Assembly: GCA_041666685.1 (NCBI GenBank)
Contig: JBAYGJ010000001.1
Span: 31,749-95,748 of the forward strand
Origin: Patescibacteria group bacterium
GTDB taxonomy: Bacteria; Patescibacteriota; Patescibacteriia; UBA10025; JAHIVO01
Direction: 5' to 3'
Length of the DNA: 64,000 bases
How positions within the stretch are numbered: the first letter of the stretch is position 1; every line of letters begins with the position of its first letter. This document shows positions 37,544-47,795 of this stretch, one piece after another. The notes under the pieces were generated by a model that did no database searches, was not told where the DNA came from, and worked only from the letters and a program-made list of their open reading frames with translations. A program made the position numbers and the translations under genes.

Positions 37544-38635
37544 ATGCAAAAAAATGAGTTAAAATACTGGATCGCTTTCTCACATATCGATTCAATTGGG
37601 CCGCAAAAAATTAAACTGCTGACGGCCCATTTCCCCGATCTGGCCACAGCCTGGCTGGCCAATGCCCATGAACTGAAATGGAGTCGGATGAGCGAAAAAG
37701 ACATTTTCGCCATCAACGCCGGCCGGGATGCGCTTGACCCCGACCAATTACTGGAAAAAATCGAACGGCTCAATATTTCAGCAATTACCGTACAGGACAC
37801 TGCATACCCCCGCCGACTGAAAGAAATACATTCCCCGCCCAGCGTACTATATATAAAGGGGACGCTCCCAGAACATCTGGATTTAGCATTGGCGGTAGTC
37901 GGTACCAGGAAAACCTCCGCCTATGGCCGGACCGTCACTCCCACGCTGATTGGCGCCTTAGCGAGAACCGGAGTATTGATCGTATCTGGGTTAGCGCTGG
38001 GGATCGATGCTTTAGCTCACCAGGCAACGCTAGACGCAGGCGGCCAAACGGTTGGCGTATTGGGATGCGGACTGGACGCAGCGTATCCAGTAACGAACCG
38101 ACGTCTGGCTGAGGAAATTATCAGCCACGGAGGTGCTTTGGTTTCCGAATACCCACCAGGGACACAGCCATTGCCCCAGCACTTCCCGGCCCGTAACCGG
38201 ATCATTTCCGGGATGTCCCGCGGAGTACTGGTTATCGAAGGTGGCGAAGATTCCGGATCCCTTATTACCGCCAAATACGCAATCGACCAAAACCGGGAAG
38301 TGCTGGCCGTACCGGGGAACATCATGTCTGACACTTCCGTCGGGCCCAATAACCTCATCAAAATGGGGGCAAAAGCGGTCACCTCAGCAGCAGACGTATT
38401 GGCGGCCTTGGATTTGGAATTAGCCGAACAGTACCGGGAAAATTCCACCGTCATCCCGGCCTCGCCTGATGAAGAAAAATTACTTGACTGCATCGGCCAT
38501 GAACCGACGCACATTGACGAAATTATCCAGAAGAGTAAACTGAATACCAGTATTATCAATTCCACTCTGACGATGATGGAAATGAAAGGAATTGTGCGTC
38601 ATCTCGGCGGAATGTACTATGCTCGGACCCGATGA
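37544..38635 (+). CDS. dprA: DNA processing protein DprA
   Basis: YPRRLKEI, AVVGTRK, IVSGLALGID, FPARNRIISG, GSLITA, C-terminal wHTH. Confidence 0.97.
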   Translation: MQKNELKYWIAFSHIDSIGPQKIKLLTAHFPDLATAWLANAHELKWSRMSEKDIFAINAGRDALDPDQLLEKIERLNISAITVQDTAYPRRLKEIHSPPSVLYIKGTLPEHLDLALAVVGTRKTSAYGRTVTPTLIGALARTGVLIVSGLALGIDALAHQATLDAGGQTVGVLGCGLDAAYPVTNRRLAEEIISHGGALVSEYPPGTQPLPQHFPARNRIISGMSRGVLVIEGGEDSGSLITAKYAIDQNREVLAVPGNIMSDTSVGPNNLIKMGAKAVTSAADVLAALDLELAEQYRENSTVIPASPDEEKLLDCIGHEPTHIDEIIQKSKLNTSIINSTLTMMEMKGIVRHLGGMYYARTR

Positions 38636-38639
38636 AAAA

Positions 38640-38740
38640 CTACTCGCTAGATTCGCTCAGTCACGGCCCTGCCTTCGGCTCTGAGACCCGATAGCCGCCC
38701 CGCTCAGGCTCGAAGAGAGCCCGCCTCTGGGCTGAAATTT
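38640..38740. repeat. GC-rich palindromic REP-like intergenic element
   Basis: CCTTCGGCTCTGAG...CTCAGGCTCGAAG nested inverted segments and CCGCCTCTGG, similar to the tRNA-locus insertions. Confidence 0.45.
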
Positions 38741-38751
38741 TTTACCTGATT

Positions 38752-41031
38752 ATGGCAAAAAAAGAACTCATAATTGTCGAGTCGCCGACCAAAGCCAAAA
38801 CCATCTCCCGCTTTCTGGGGAGCAAGTTCCACGTGGAGGCGTCTTTTGGACATATCCGCGACCTACCGCGGTCAAAAATGGGCGTAGATACCGAACATAA
38901 CTTCCAGCCGCAATACATCATCCCCCGCGACAAGCAGAAGACACTGACTAAATTACGGAAGCTGGCCCTCGCATCCCCTACCATCTATTTCGCAACTGAC
39001 GAAGATCGCGAAGGCGAGGCAATTTCCTGGCATCTCCTGGAATCATTCAAAACTGACAAAAAAAATACCAAGAATCCCGTTGACCCAGCGGCCATAGACG
39101 CAAAAGCGAAAAGGATCGTGTTCCACGAGATCACCGAGAAGGCCATCAATGAAGCGCTCAAGAATCCCCGCCAGCTGGACATGCACCTGGTGGACGCCCA
39201 ACAAGCCCGCCGCATCCTCGACCGTCTGGTAGGCTACGAACTGTCACCCTTTCTCTGGAAAAAGGTGGCCAAAGGACTGTCTGCCGGACGCGTCCAATCA
39301 GTCGCGCTGCGGCTTATCGTGGAGCGCCAGCGGGAAATCGACGCCTTCAAACCGGAAGAATACTGGACGATTGAGGCAGTATTCCACAAGCAAAAAGGCG
39401 AAGCCATCGACATCAAGGCAAAATTATACAAGGAGAACGGGAAATCACTGGAAAAATTCGCCATAAAAAACGGCCAGGAAGCGGATACGCTGCTGAAAAA
39501 ACTGAAGGATGCAAAATATTCCGTGGCCGATGTCCAGGCAAAAGAATCGAAAAAGAATCCTCCTTCCCCGTTTACCACTTCGACACTGCAGCAGGAAGCG
39601 AACCGGCGTTTCGGATTCTCGGCCAGACAGACCATGATGCTGGCCCAGCAACTGTACGAAGGTGTTGACCTGGGCAATAACCGGCGCGAAGGCTTGATCA
39701 CGTACATGCGTACGGATTCGCTCAACCTGTCAGACAAATTCCTTACAGAATCAAAAGAATTCCTTACTAAATCGTTTGGGGGGAAATACTCACTGGCGGA
39801 ACCCCGGAAATTCAAGGCCAAATCCAAATTGGCACAGGAAGCCCACGAAGCCATCCGGCCGACTGAAGTCATCAACACTCCTGACGCCGTCCAAACGTTT
39901 CTTGACCCGAGGCAGCTGAAACTGTATGAACTGGTTTGGCAGCGTGCCGTTGCCAGCCAAATGCCTGAAGCGATCATGAATAACGTGACCATCGACATTA
40001 ACGACGATTCAAACACCTACACGTTCCGGACCACCGGCTCCACCATCAAATTCGACGGCTTCATGAAAGTATATAACCTGGTCAAAGAAAATGCCGTACC
40101 AGTCGTCGAATCCGGAGAACCGCTTGATGCGAGCAAAATCGAGCCAATCCAGCACTTTACCGAACCGCCCGCGCAATATTCTGAAGCCGGCCTGGTCCAT
40201 GCCCTGGAAGAAAGGGATATCGGTCGGCCATCGACCTACGCACCGACTATCGCCACCCTTATCGAACGCAATTATGTAAACAAGGAACAGGGCCGATTGA
40301 AACCCACTGAGATCGGGTTCCTCGTCTGCGACGTACTGACTGAACATTTTTCCGCCATAATGGACTATGCATTTACCGCCCACATGGAAGACGACCTGGA
40401 TTCTATCGCCAGCGGTCTCAAGGAATGGGTACCGGTCATCAAAGAATTTTACGACCCTTTTAAAGAAAACCTTATGAAAAAGCACGAAGAGGTGGCAAAA
40501 TCCGAAATGACGTCAGACGTTGTCTGTGATAAATGCGGCAAACCCATGGTAATCAAAATGAGCCGGTTCGGCAAATTTCTCGCCTGTACCGGATATCCGG
40601 AATGCCGGAACACCAAACCTCTCGACCAGAATGGTGCAGTCGCGGAACACCCGCCGGAACACCAGACGGAGGAAAAATGCGATAAATGCGGATCGCCCTT
40701 TGTCCTGAAGCACGGACGGTTTGGGCCATTCTTTGCCTGCTCTGCCTATCCTAAATGCAAGAATATTAAAAATATTCAGCAAAAAACCGGCGTGACCTGC
40801 CCCCAATGCAGCCAGGGTGATATTATCGCCAAACGGTCTCGGCAGGGACGGACATTCTACGCCTGCAATCGGTATCCAGAATGCAAATTCGCACTCTGGT
40901 CCAAACCGACTGGCGAAAAATGCCCGACCTGCAGCTCGCTCCTCGTCTTCGCGGCCGGCGGCAAAGCGCGCTGCTCAAACAAAGAGTGCAAGTTTGAAAA
41001 AATTTCCGATGATCAAAAAACAGATGAATAA
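38752..41031 (+). CDS. topA: DNA topoisomerase I with C-terminal Zn ribbons
   Basis: IVESPTKAKTI, ATDEDREGEAI, SAGRVQS, ITYMRTDS, AQEAHEAIRPT, multiple C4 ribbons. Confidence 0.98.
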   Translation: MAKKELIIVESPTKAKTISRFLGSKFHVEASFGHIRDLPRSKMGVDTEHNFQPQYIIPRDKQKTLTKLRKLALASPTIYFATDEDREGEAISWHLLESFKTDKKNTKNPVDPAAIDAKAKRIVFHEITEKAINEALKNPRQLDMHLVDAQQARRILDRLVGYELSPFLWKKVAKGLSAGRVQSVALRLIVERQREIDAFKPEEYWTIEAVFHKQKGEAIDIKAKLYKENGKSLEKFAIKNGQEADTLLKKLKDAKYSVADVQAKESKKNPPSPFTTSTLQQEANRRFGFSARQTMMLAQQLYEGVDLGNNRREGLITYMRTDSLNLSDKFLTESKEFLTKSFGGKYSLAEPRKFKAKSKLAQEAHEAIRPTEVINTPDAVQTFLDPRQLKLYELVWQRAVASQMPEAIMNNVTIDINDDSNTYTFRTTGSTIKFDGFMKVYNLVKENAVPVVESGEPLDASKIEPIQHFTEPPAQYSEAGLVHALEERDIGRPSTYAPTIATLIERNYVNKEQGRLKPTEIGFLVCDVLTEHFSAIMDYAFTAHMEDDLDSIASGLKEWVPVIKEFYDPFKENLMKKHEEVAKSEMTSDVVCDKCGKPMVIKMSRFGKFLACTGYPECRNTKPLDQNGAVAEHPPEHQTEEKCDKCGSPFVLKHGRFGPFFACSAYPKCKNIKNIQQKTGVTCPQCSQGDIIAKRSRQGRTFYACNRYPECKFALWSKPTGEKCPTCSSLLVFAAGGKARCSNKECKFEKISDDQKTDE

Positions 41032-41971
41032 AATCCTCGTTACCGGTGCGGCCGGACAGGTCGGCTCAGTATTAGTTCCCGCATTGCAAAAAAAATTCGG
41101 CGCTGACACTGTCATTGCCGGCATCATGAAAACTGCCCCCCTCGATACACATGTCCATACGGAACGCGTGGATACGACGGACAGGGCCTCAATACACAAC
41201 GTAATCCAGAAGCACGGCATCTCCACCATCTATCACCTGGCTGGCATGCTTTCAGCTGCCAGCGAAAAAGATCCGGAGAAGTCCTGGCAGGTAAATTTCG
41301 TCGGACTGAAGAATATCCTGGATCTATCGCGCGAGATGAATATTGCAAAAGTTTTCTGGCTAAGCTCCATCGCCGCTTTCGGGCCTAACACGCCAAAAGA
41401 CCTGACGCCGCAGTCTACCATCCTCGAGCCCTCTACTATGTACGGCGTAGCCAAGGTAGCCGGTGAACTGTTATGCAATTATTACCACCATCGGTACAAG
41501 CTTGACGTGCGCAGTCTGCGCTATCCCGGCCTGATCAGCCACGCCGCTCCGCCGTCAGACGGCACCACGGAATACTCAATCTCGATGTTTTATGCGGCAT
41601 TGCAGCGCCAGCCGTTCAGCTGCTTCCTGAAAGAGGACACAGCGCTACCAATGATGTATATGGATGACGCGGTCAAAGCGACAATCGACCTTATGGAAGC
41701 TGATCCGGAAAAATTGACTGTCCGTACCAGCTATAATGTCACGGCATTTAGCTTTACTCCGGCTGAGCTGGCCGATTTGATAAAAAAAGAAGTTCCGGAT
41801 TTCACCGTAACGTATCAACCGGACTTCCACCAAGCCATCGCCGACTCCTGGCCCAAGAGCATTGACGATGCTCAGGCACGCCAAGACTGGGGCTGGCTAC
41901 CTGACTATGACCTGCAGAAGATGGTCGCAGATATGTTCAAACATCTGAAAAAGAAGCTCAACGTCGTATAG
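41024..41971 (+). CDS. Extended SDR, L-threonine 3-dehydrogenase-like
   Basis: ILVTGAAGQVG, YHLAGMLSA, SSIAAFGP, YGVAK, DVRSLRYPGLIS, QAIADSWP. Confidence 0.8.
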   Translation: MNKILVTGAAGQVGSVLVPALQKKFGADTVIAGIMKTAPLDTHVHTERVDTTDRASIHNVIQKHGISTIYHLAGMLSAASEKDPEKSWQVNFVGLKNILDLSREMNIAKVFWLSSIAAFGPNTPKDLTPQSTILEPSTMYGVAKVAGELLCNYYHHRYKLDVRSLRYPGLISHAAPPSDGTTEYSISMFYAALQRQPFSCFLKEDTALPMMYMDDAVKATIDLMEADPEKLTVRTSYNVTAFSFTPAELADLIKKEVPDFTVTYQPDFHQAIADSWPKSIDDAQARQDWGWLPDYDLQKMVADMFKHLKKKLNVV

Positions 41972-42030
41972 CAAAAATCGCACGAGGCACAGCAGCCCCG
42001 GGTTGTCATTTTGTATTTCCGATATTTTCC

Positions 42031-44142
42031 TTACGTGCCGGCGGAAATCTGTTTATTGATATCCACGAGTAACTGCTGAATTGTCTCGTCGTCCGGCTTG
42101 ATGCGCTGCGCCGCCTCTGCTGAAGTTTTTGCACCAACAAAATCGCCTTGTGCCTGCAGTACATAAGCGATATTTACGTCCGCCAGATAATTGTCCTGCT
42201 GTAACGATTTGGAAATACGGAAATTTTTTACTGCCTCATCCAATAATAATGCTGACCGGGCTTGTATTTCATTATTCGCAGACTGACTGTCAGCCTGCGC
42301 CTGTACGAGCAGGGCTCGGCCGAGATTCAAAAAGGCAATCGGGTTGGTCGGTTCTAACTCTGATAATTTTACATAAGCAGCCATGGCCAATTGGTCGGCA
42401 TTGCCGATGAGGTTACGGAGGTTATCATATAGGGACGCAGTCTGCTCGTACACCATGGCATTATCCGGATCCGTCTCACGGGCCCGTTTTAGTGCATCAA
42501 CCACAGCCTGGACGTCTGACTTGACCGCACCAGTATCTGGGCTTGATTGTCCAGCCTCCAATTGGGCTGCCGTCGCGTGGCCCTGCGCCAACGTAATCAG
42601 GTACCCAGGCTCATGAGGATTGTATGACGCGGCCATAACCAGGAGCGCCTCAATATCGCCGACCGGGGCCTGTTTCTGGATCAATTCATTGGCCCGAAAG
42701 TAATACAGGTCAGCCAGCCAGTACCGAACTCCAAAATAGCCGGAGATCGCTACCAAACAGCTCAGTGCTGTTATACCAATTAACGACCCTAACCAAGCGA
42801 AACGAAAGGGCTTCAACGCAAGGCGCCGTTCCGTGAGTGTGAACGGTCCGGCCAGGCGGAAGCTTATTCCCAGCCATAGCCACCATAAAAAATAAAGGAT
42901 GAAATTAAAGGGCGTCAGAAAATAGACTGCCATCAATCCTGCCCATACCAACAGGACAGTCATGGACCATACCCATTGGGTACCCCCAGCCTGCCAATCG
43001 GAGATAAATTTTTTGAAAACGCGGATAAAAAAATAAACGCAAAAAAATATTTGCACCGCCACGAAAACGATCCCCAGCTGAGACAGCTGGCCCCACCATT
43101 CACTCCCGGATTTATTAAACCGTATGGCTGCGTTCGGTAAATCATTAAAACTGGCTGGGCGATATGTTTGAAAATCTTTGGTAAATGTTTGCGGCCCCGT
43201 CCCCCACACCGGTGAGTGGCGGATACTTTGCCAGGCAATATCCATCGAAGACCTCTGGTCCAGAACAAGCGTCGTACTCGTCTGGGCGCCGGTTAACTGG
43301 GAAAAATTCACCAACAATCCCGCAGCCAGCAGAATGATAGCAGCCAGCGGGGCGATAATATCTGTTTTGCTGAATTTTTTTGCGTGCCATGAAACCGCGA
43401 TTGAAAATAAAAATAAGCCAATCAGAGATATATACGTAGCCATGGCCTTGCCGGACAGCATAACCAGCACCAACTGCACCAAAACGCACCCTCCCCAAAA
43501 TATTTTCCAGTACTTGCCTCTGCTTTGCCACAGCAATGACAATGCAATGATCGAGCATAAAGAGGCGACTATTGCCACTGTCACTGATGATGAGGCGACC
43601 AAATTGAAACGAACATCATGAGTCATGGTCCATGGCAGCATATAGAGTCCGTAAATTTGGAAAACACTCAACAGCGAAACAGCCGTAACAGCAATAGTAA
43701 ACGCCCTGACCAGCCAGCCCCAGTCATCTACATTTCGTGTCGTATATATTAGCAGGAAAAAGAAGATCATAAACGATACCTGACTTACGCCGTTTCCGCT
43801 AAAAGCACCGCCAGACCCGAACAGGCTCACATAATGATTTTGAGAAAAAACCACACTAACCAAAATACACAGGAACAAAATTGCCGTCAGCCAAAACGCG
43901 TGATGTGAAAAAAACCGCAATTCCCGCCGGTTAATCATGTTCACCATAAGTACTGCCGCTGCAATAAATACAACCAGGGAAAATAACACGGTTTTATTGA
44001 GCTCCTGGGGGAAATTTCCGACCGGCAGGAAAAAAACAGGCATAAGACATACCAGCCCGCGGACGATCCACCGCACTATCCGTAGTTCATTTCCCTCCGA
44101 ACGAAAACCGACCCATCGTTTAATGGATTCAATCACTGACAT
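42031..44142 (-). CDS. O-antigen ligase/oligosaccharyltransferase-like polytopic membrane protein with C-terminal TPRs
   Basis: About 12-13 TM helices, periplasmic loop with PVWGTGPQTF, TPR-like helices. Confidence 0.6.
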   Translation of the reverse strand: MSVIESIKRWVGFRSEGNELRIVRWIVRGLVCLMPVFFLPVGNFPQELNKTVLFSLVVFIAAAVLMVNMINRRELRFFSHHAFWLTAILFLCILVSVVFSQNHYVSLFGSGGAFSGNGVSQVSFMIFFFLLIYTTRNVDDWGWLVRAFTIAVTAVSLLSVFQIYGLYMLPWTMTHDVRFNLVASSSVTVAIVASLCSIIALSLLWQSRGKYWKIFWGGCVLVQLVLVMLSGKAMATYISLIGLFLFSIAVSWHAKKFSKTDIIAPLAAIILLAAGLLVNFSQLTGAQTSTTLVLDQRSSMDIAWQSIRHSPVWGTGPQTFTKDFQTYRPASFNDLPNAAIRFNKSGSEWWGQLSQLGIVFVAVQIFFCVYFFIRVFKKFISDWQAGGTQWVWSMTVLLVWAGLMAVYFLTPFNFILYFLWWLWLGISFRLAGPFTLTERRLALKPFRFAWLGSLIGITALSCLVAISGYFGVRYWLADLYYFRANELIQKQAPVGDIEALLVMAASYNPHEPGYLITLAQGHATAAQLEAGQSSPDTGAVKSDVQAVVDALKRARETDPDNAMVYEQTASLYDNLRNLIGNADQLAMAAYVKLSELEPTNPIAFLNLGRALLVQAQADSQSANNEIQARSALLLDEAVKNFRISKSLQQDNYLADVNIAYVLQAQGDFVGAKTSAEAAQRIKPDDETIQQLLVDINKQISAGT

Positions 44143-44143
44143 G

Positions 44144-44998
44144 CTAATTGGATATTTTACGAATAATTGCCTGCAATTCTTCTGCCGAATAAAAATGCAC
44201 GGTTATGGTTCCACGTTTCCCTTTGCGCCTGATTTCGACTTTCGTGCCCAATGCTGCCTGCAACACGTCCTCTTTCTCTAGCATATTCGGATCTTTGGAC
44301 CTCCGGGCGTGCTGGCGGACTGACACACGCCTGGCCTGGGATTCGGCAATCCTAACCGACAAGCCGCTTTTCAATATTTCCTTAAACAGCTTTTCCCGTT
44401 CAACTGCCGTTTCCACGCCCAGGAGGGCTTTGGCGTGACCTTCGGTCAGTTTCCCTTCAGCCAAGGCTTGCTGCATCTCGCTCGGCAAGGTCAAGAGCCG
44501 CAATGAATTCGTGACGGTTACGCGATTCTGCCCGACTTTCTTCCCCACTTCATCCTGCGTGAGGTTGAATTCGTCGATCAATCGCTGGAAGCCCCTGGCA
44601 CGCTCGATTGGATTCAGACTTTGACGCTGTACGTTTTCCACGATGGCCAGCTCAAGTTTTTCCTGCTCAGTCGCCGTCCGGATGACTGCCGGGACTTTTT
44701 TCAGGCCGAGCAGTTTGGCTGCCCGCAATCGCCGCTCACCGGCAATCAGTTGGTAGCCCCCGCGCGCATTGATTACTACGAGCGGCTGGATAATTCCATG
44801 AATTTTTATTGAATTCATCAGGTCTTCCAATGCCGCCCGGTCAAAAGTAAAACGGGGCTGGTGGGGATTCGGCTGGATGTCATTGATCGGCAGCTCATTG
44901 GTGCCCTGGCTGACCACCGGCTCCTCTGCCACCGTACGCTCGGCGTTTCGGGGTGGTATTAAGGAATTCAAACCTCTGCCTAAGCCGGTTCTGTTCAT
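44144..44998 (-). CDS. parB: Chromosome partitioning protein ParB
   Basis: GLGRGLNSLI, PNPHQPR, LIAGERRLRAA, ENVQR. Confidence 0.96.
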   Translation of the reverse strand: MNRTGLGRGLNSLIPPRNAERTVAEEPVVSQGTNELPINDIQPNPHQPRFTFDRAALEDLMNSIKIHGIIQPLVVINARGGYQLIAGERRLRAAKLLGLKKVPAVIRTATEQEKLELAIVENVQRQSLNPIERARGFQRLIDEFNLTQDEVGKKVGQNRVTVTNSLRLLTLPSEMQQALAEGKLTEGHAKALLGVETAVEREKLFKEILKSGLSVRIAESQARRVSVRQHARRSKDPNMLEKEDVLQAALGTKVEIRRKGKRGTITVHFYSAEELQAIIRKISN

Positions 44999-45003
44999 AT
45001 GGT

Positions 45004-45774
45004 TTATAAAATTATTTCTTGTTCAATTATTTCACGGGCTAGACGCTCGTACGCTTTTCCGCCCGATGAACGGCGGTCGTAGTGCAGAATGCTCTTACCA
45101 TAACTCGGCGCCTCCGCCAGCTGTACGTTGCGCGGGATAACCGTCCGGAATATTTTATTCGGGAAGAACTGATAGAGCTGATTGAAGACATCTTTCGACA
45201 GACGGCTCCGTTCGTCATACATAGTCATGACGGCGCCGAGGATTTGCAGACTTGGTTTGAGGTTTTGCCGGACGAGTTCGATGGTCTCCAGCAGCTGGCT
45301 CAATCCCTCTAAGGCATAATACTCTGTCTGAACGGGAATCAAGGCCTCATCCGCCGCCACTAGCCCATTCACCGTCAATAGACACAAACTGGGTGGACAA
45401 TCGATGATGATATAGTCATAATCATGCCGTATTTCCAATATGGCGTCGTGCAATCGGAATTCCCTGGTCTCCAGTTCCACCAGCTCGACACGAGCACCGG
45501 CCAAATCTACAGTTGCTGGCACCACCCGCAACCCATCTACTGAGGTCGGATGCGTCACATCACGGATAGAGACGTCACTAATCAATGGGTGGTACACGCC
45601 CCGGTCAATTGATCGGTAATCAATGCCGATACCAGACGAAGCGTTGCCCTGGGGGTCCAAATCGATTAATAAGACGAATTTGCCGAGATGGGCCAGATAG
45701 GCCGCGACATTAACAGCAGTCGTGGTTTTCCCCACTCCGCCTTTCTGATTTACGATGGCAATTACTCGTGGCAT
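45004..45774 (-). CDS. parA: Chromosome partitioning ATPase ParA/Soj
   Basis: NQKGGVGKTTT, DLDPQGNA, IDCPPSL, EYYALEG, EAPSYG. Confidence 0.96.
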   Translation of the reverse strand: MPRVIAIVNQKGGVGKTTTAVNVAAYLAHLGKFVLLIDLDPQGNASSGIGIDYRSIDRGVYHPLISDVSIRDVTHPTSVDGLRVVPATVDLAGARVELVELETREFRLHDAILEIRHDYDYIIIDCPPSLCLLTVNGLVAADEALIPVQTEYYALEGLSQLLETIELVRQNLKPSLQILGAVMTMYDERSRLSKDVFNQLYQFFPNKIFRTVIPRNVQLAEAPSYGKSILHYDRRSSGGKAYERLAREIIEQEIIL

Positions 45775-45801
45775 AGGTGCACTCATTATAGCAAGAAATG
45801 A

Positions 45802-45830
45802 TTGACAAAAACAGCTTTTCCTTTTAAAAT
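45802..45830 (+). promoter_or_regulatory. sigma70 promoter of tRNA-Leu
   Basis: TTGACA-N17-TAAAAT. Confidence 0.7.
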
Positions 45831-45921
45831 TGAGGCAATTGATAAAATCGAGCGACTCGCCCCGAGCGTTTGCGAGGGGCCTCGTATTTTCTGGAAATCT
45901 CGCATGCGAACGTTACCATAT

Positions 45922-46008
45922 GCCGGGATGGCGGAATTGGCAGACGCACAGGACTCAAAATCCTGCGACCGCAAGGTCATGGGAGTTCGACCCTCCCTCC
46001 CGGCACCA
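45922..46008 (+). tRNA. tRNA-Leu(CAA)
   Basis: GCCGGGA acceptor stem, CAGGA-CTCAAAA-TCCTG, long variable arm, CCA. Confidence 0.96.
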
Positions 46009-46012
46009 ACAT

Positions 46013-46057
46013 ATTCAAAAAATACTCTTAAGAAATTCTGAAGAGTATTTTTTGAAT
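46013..46057. terminator. Bidirectional terminator between convergent tRNA genes
   Basis: ATTCAAAAAATACTCTT...AAGAGTATTTTTTGAAT inverted repeat. Confidence 0.8.
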
Positions 46058-46073
46058 CATAAGTTGTAACACC

Positions 46074-46150
46074 TGGTACCAGGGGTGGGAGTTGAACCCA
46101 CGACCTTGGGCTTATGAGTCCCACGCTCTAACCAACTGAGCTACCCTGGC
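46074..46150 (-). tRNA. tRNA with CAT anticodon (elongator Met or Ile2)
   Basis: GCCAGGG acceptor stem, CTCATAA loop, GGTTCAACTCC, CCA. Confidence 0.9.
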
Positions 46151-46176
46151 CTACGTCAGGTGGGCGTCCGTTTTTT

Positions 46177-46251
46177 TGGTTGCCGGGGGGGGATTCGAAC
46201 CCCCGACCTCGGGATTATGAGCCCCGCGAGCTGCCACTGCTCTACCCGGCG
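46177..46251 (-). tRNA. Initiator tRNA-fMet(CAT)
   Basis: C1:A72 mismatch, G-rich anticodon stem, CTCATAA loop, CCA. Confidence 0.92.
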
Positions 46252-46387
46252 ACGAAGTATAGAAAAACCCTTATAAGGGTTCGCTGGCATTATAATGTAC
46301 CGTTGGTAAATAAGCAAGCCTGTACCAGCATTTTTCCTTACGGAGCAGAACTCGTGTTATACTAAATACATCTTCAAACATTGATTT

Positions 46388-47287
46388 ATGACTCCATTAC
46401 TTGGGTTACTTGCTGCATTTATCGCTTTTCTGGCCTGGGGATTTGGCGATTTTGCCATCCAGCGTTCGGTGCGGCACGTGGGCGCGGTGCCAGCGCTTTT
46501 CTTCATTGGTATTTTTGGTCTTGTCGGTTTACTGCCGTTCGTCTGGCAGGACCTCCCCCTCTTCTTCCACAAGGAGAATTTGGCAACGCTCCTATTCTTC
46601 ACTGGCCTGGTGACATTCGTGTACGCAGTATTCTTTTTCCAAGCCCTGGGGAAAGGCAAAATTTCTATAGTAGAGCCAGTAATGAGCTTCGAACTGCCCC
46701 TGACCATACTCTTGGGCGTCTTAATAATTCACGAGGAACTTACTGGTTTGCAGTATTTTCTCGCCGTGATCATCTTTCTGGGCCTCATTGTCACCGTCGT
46801 GCAGCAGGAACCGCGACACTGGTGGAATTTTTTTCGCAAACGGCGGCCGCGCATTGAACGGGGCGTCATTCTCGCTGTTATCGCCGTAGCATTGTCCGCC
46901 GGAGCGAATGTACTAACCGGACGGCTGAGCCAGGAGTCAAAACCTATACTTGCGATCTGGGGCGTAAATGCCATCTATACAATCTGCTGCTTCGTTTGGA
47001 TGCTGTGGCGCAAAGAAGTTCGGGATTCGTTCCGGCATGCATACAAGTATTGGCGACCAATCGTACTACAAGGGATCCTGGATAATATTGCCTGGGTAAG
47101 TTTTGCCGTCGCCGTCCTGGTGCTCCCCATTTCAATTGCCATCGCTATTTCCGAAAGCTATATTGCACTTGGTATGCTGTTAGGCATCCTCATCAATAAG
47201 GAGCGCCTGCAACGCCACCAATACCTCGGCATTGCCGTAACACTCATAGCGGTAATCGTATTAGCCGTCATCAGCGCCAACAGCTAA
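46388..47287 (+). CDS. EamA/DMT family transporter
   Basis: 10 TM helices in two repeats; AWGFGDF, GKISIVEPV, LGILINKERL. Confidence 0.85.
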   Translation: MTPLLGLLAAFIAFLAWGFGDFAIQRSVRHVGAVPALFFIGIFGLVGLLPFVWQDLPLFFHKENLATLLFFTGLVTFVYAVFFFQALGKGKISIVEPVMSFELPLTILLGVLIIHEELTGLQYFLAVIIFLGLIVTVVQQEPRHWWNFFRKRRPRIERGVILAVIAVALSAGANVLTGRLSQESKPILAIWGVNAIYTICCFVWMLWRKEVRDSFRHAYKYWRPIVLQGILDNIAWVSFAVAVLVLPISIAIAISESYIALGMLLGILINKERLQRHQYLGIAVTLIAVIVLAVISANS

Positions 47288-47291
47288 CGCT

Positions 47292-47795
47292 ATGTTTGCC
47301 ACTACCCACATCCTTACCAGTGTCGTTATCAGCCAGCATATTCAAAGCTCCTGGTGGGCGTTTTTCATATCCCTGGCATCCCATTACTTGCTTGACTTGA
47401 TCCCTCACGGAGATGCACCGCTTGGCCCATGGATGACAGTTGACCAAAAAAAACGGAGGCTAATTTATGTTTTGGGCACGGACGCGTTCTGTACAATCCT
47501 CTATTTATCTATCCTATGGCTGTACGGTGACCTGCCCAACCTATCGATCTTAATCCCGGCAATGGTGGGCAGCGTATTGCCAGATTTCATTTGGCTGGTG
47601 AGCTATGTATTAAAAAAACGAGATTTCAAAAAAAACATACTGCCTTTGATTGCCTCTGTCCTGGACCGAGTCAATGCTTTCCATCACGCCATCCATTCTG
47701 TCATTAACCAAAAAATACAAAAACTCTGGCCGGGACTACTGATCCAGCTGATATTTATCGGGGGACTTATCTATCTGACCATCTCATGGCGATAG
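47292..47795 (+). CDS. Membrane protein, putative metal-dependent hydrolase (YdjM-like His/Asp pattern)
   Basis: TTH, SHYLLDLIPH, LPD, FHH motifs with TM helices. Confidence 0.55.
   Translation: MFATTHILTSVVISQHIQSSWWAFFISLASHYLLDLIPHGDAPLGPWMTVDQKKRRLIYVLGTDAFCTILYLSILWLYGDLPNLSILIPAMVGSVLPDFIWLVSYVLKKRDFKKNILPLIASVLDRVNAFHHAIHSVINQKIQKLWPGLLIQLIFIGGLIYLTISWR

Noticed and set aside
45831-45921. Structured leader before tRNA-Leu
   Set aside because: Only a modest hairpin; compatible with an ordinary pre-tRNA leader
45922-46251. Prophage or island integration at the tRNA cluster
   Set aside because: No integrase and no duplicated tRNA 3' end nearby
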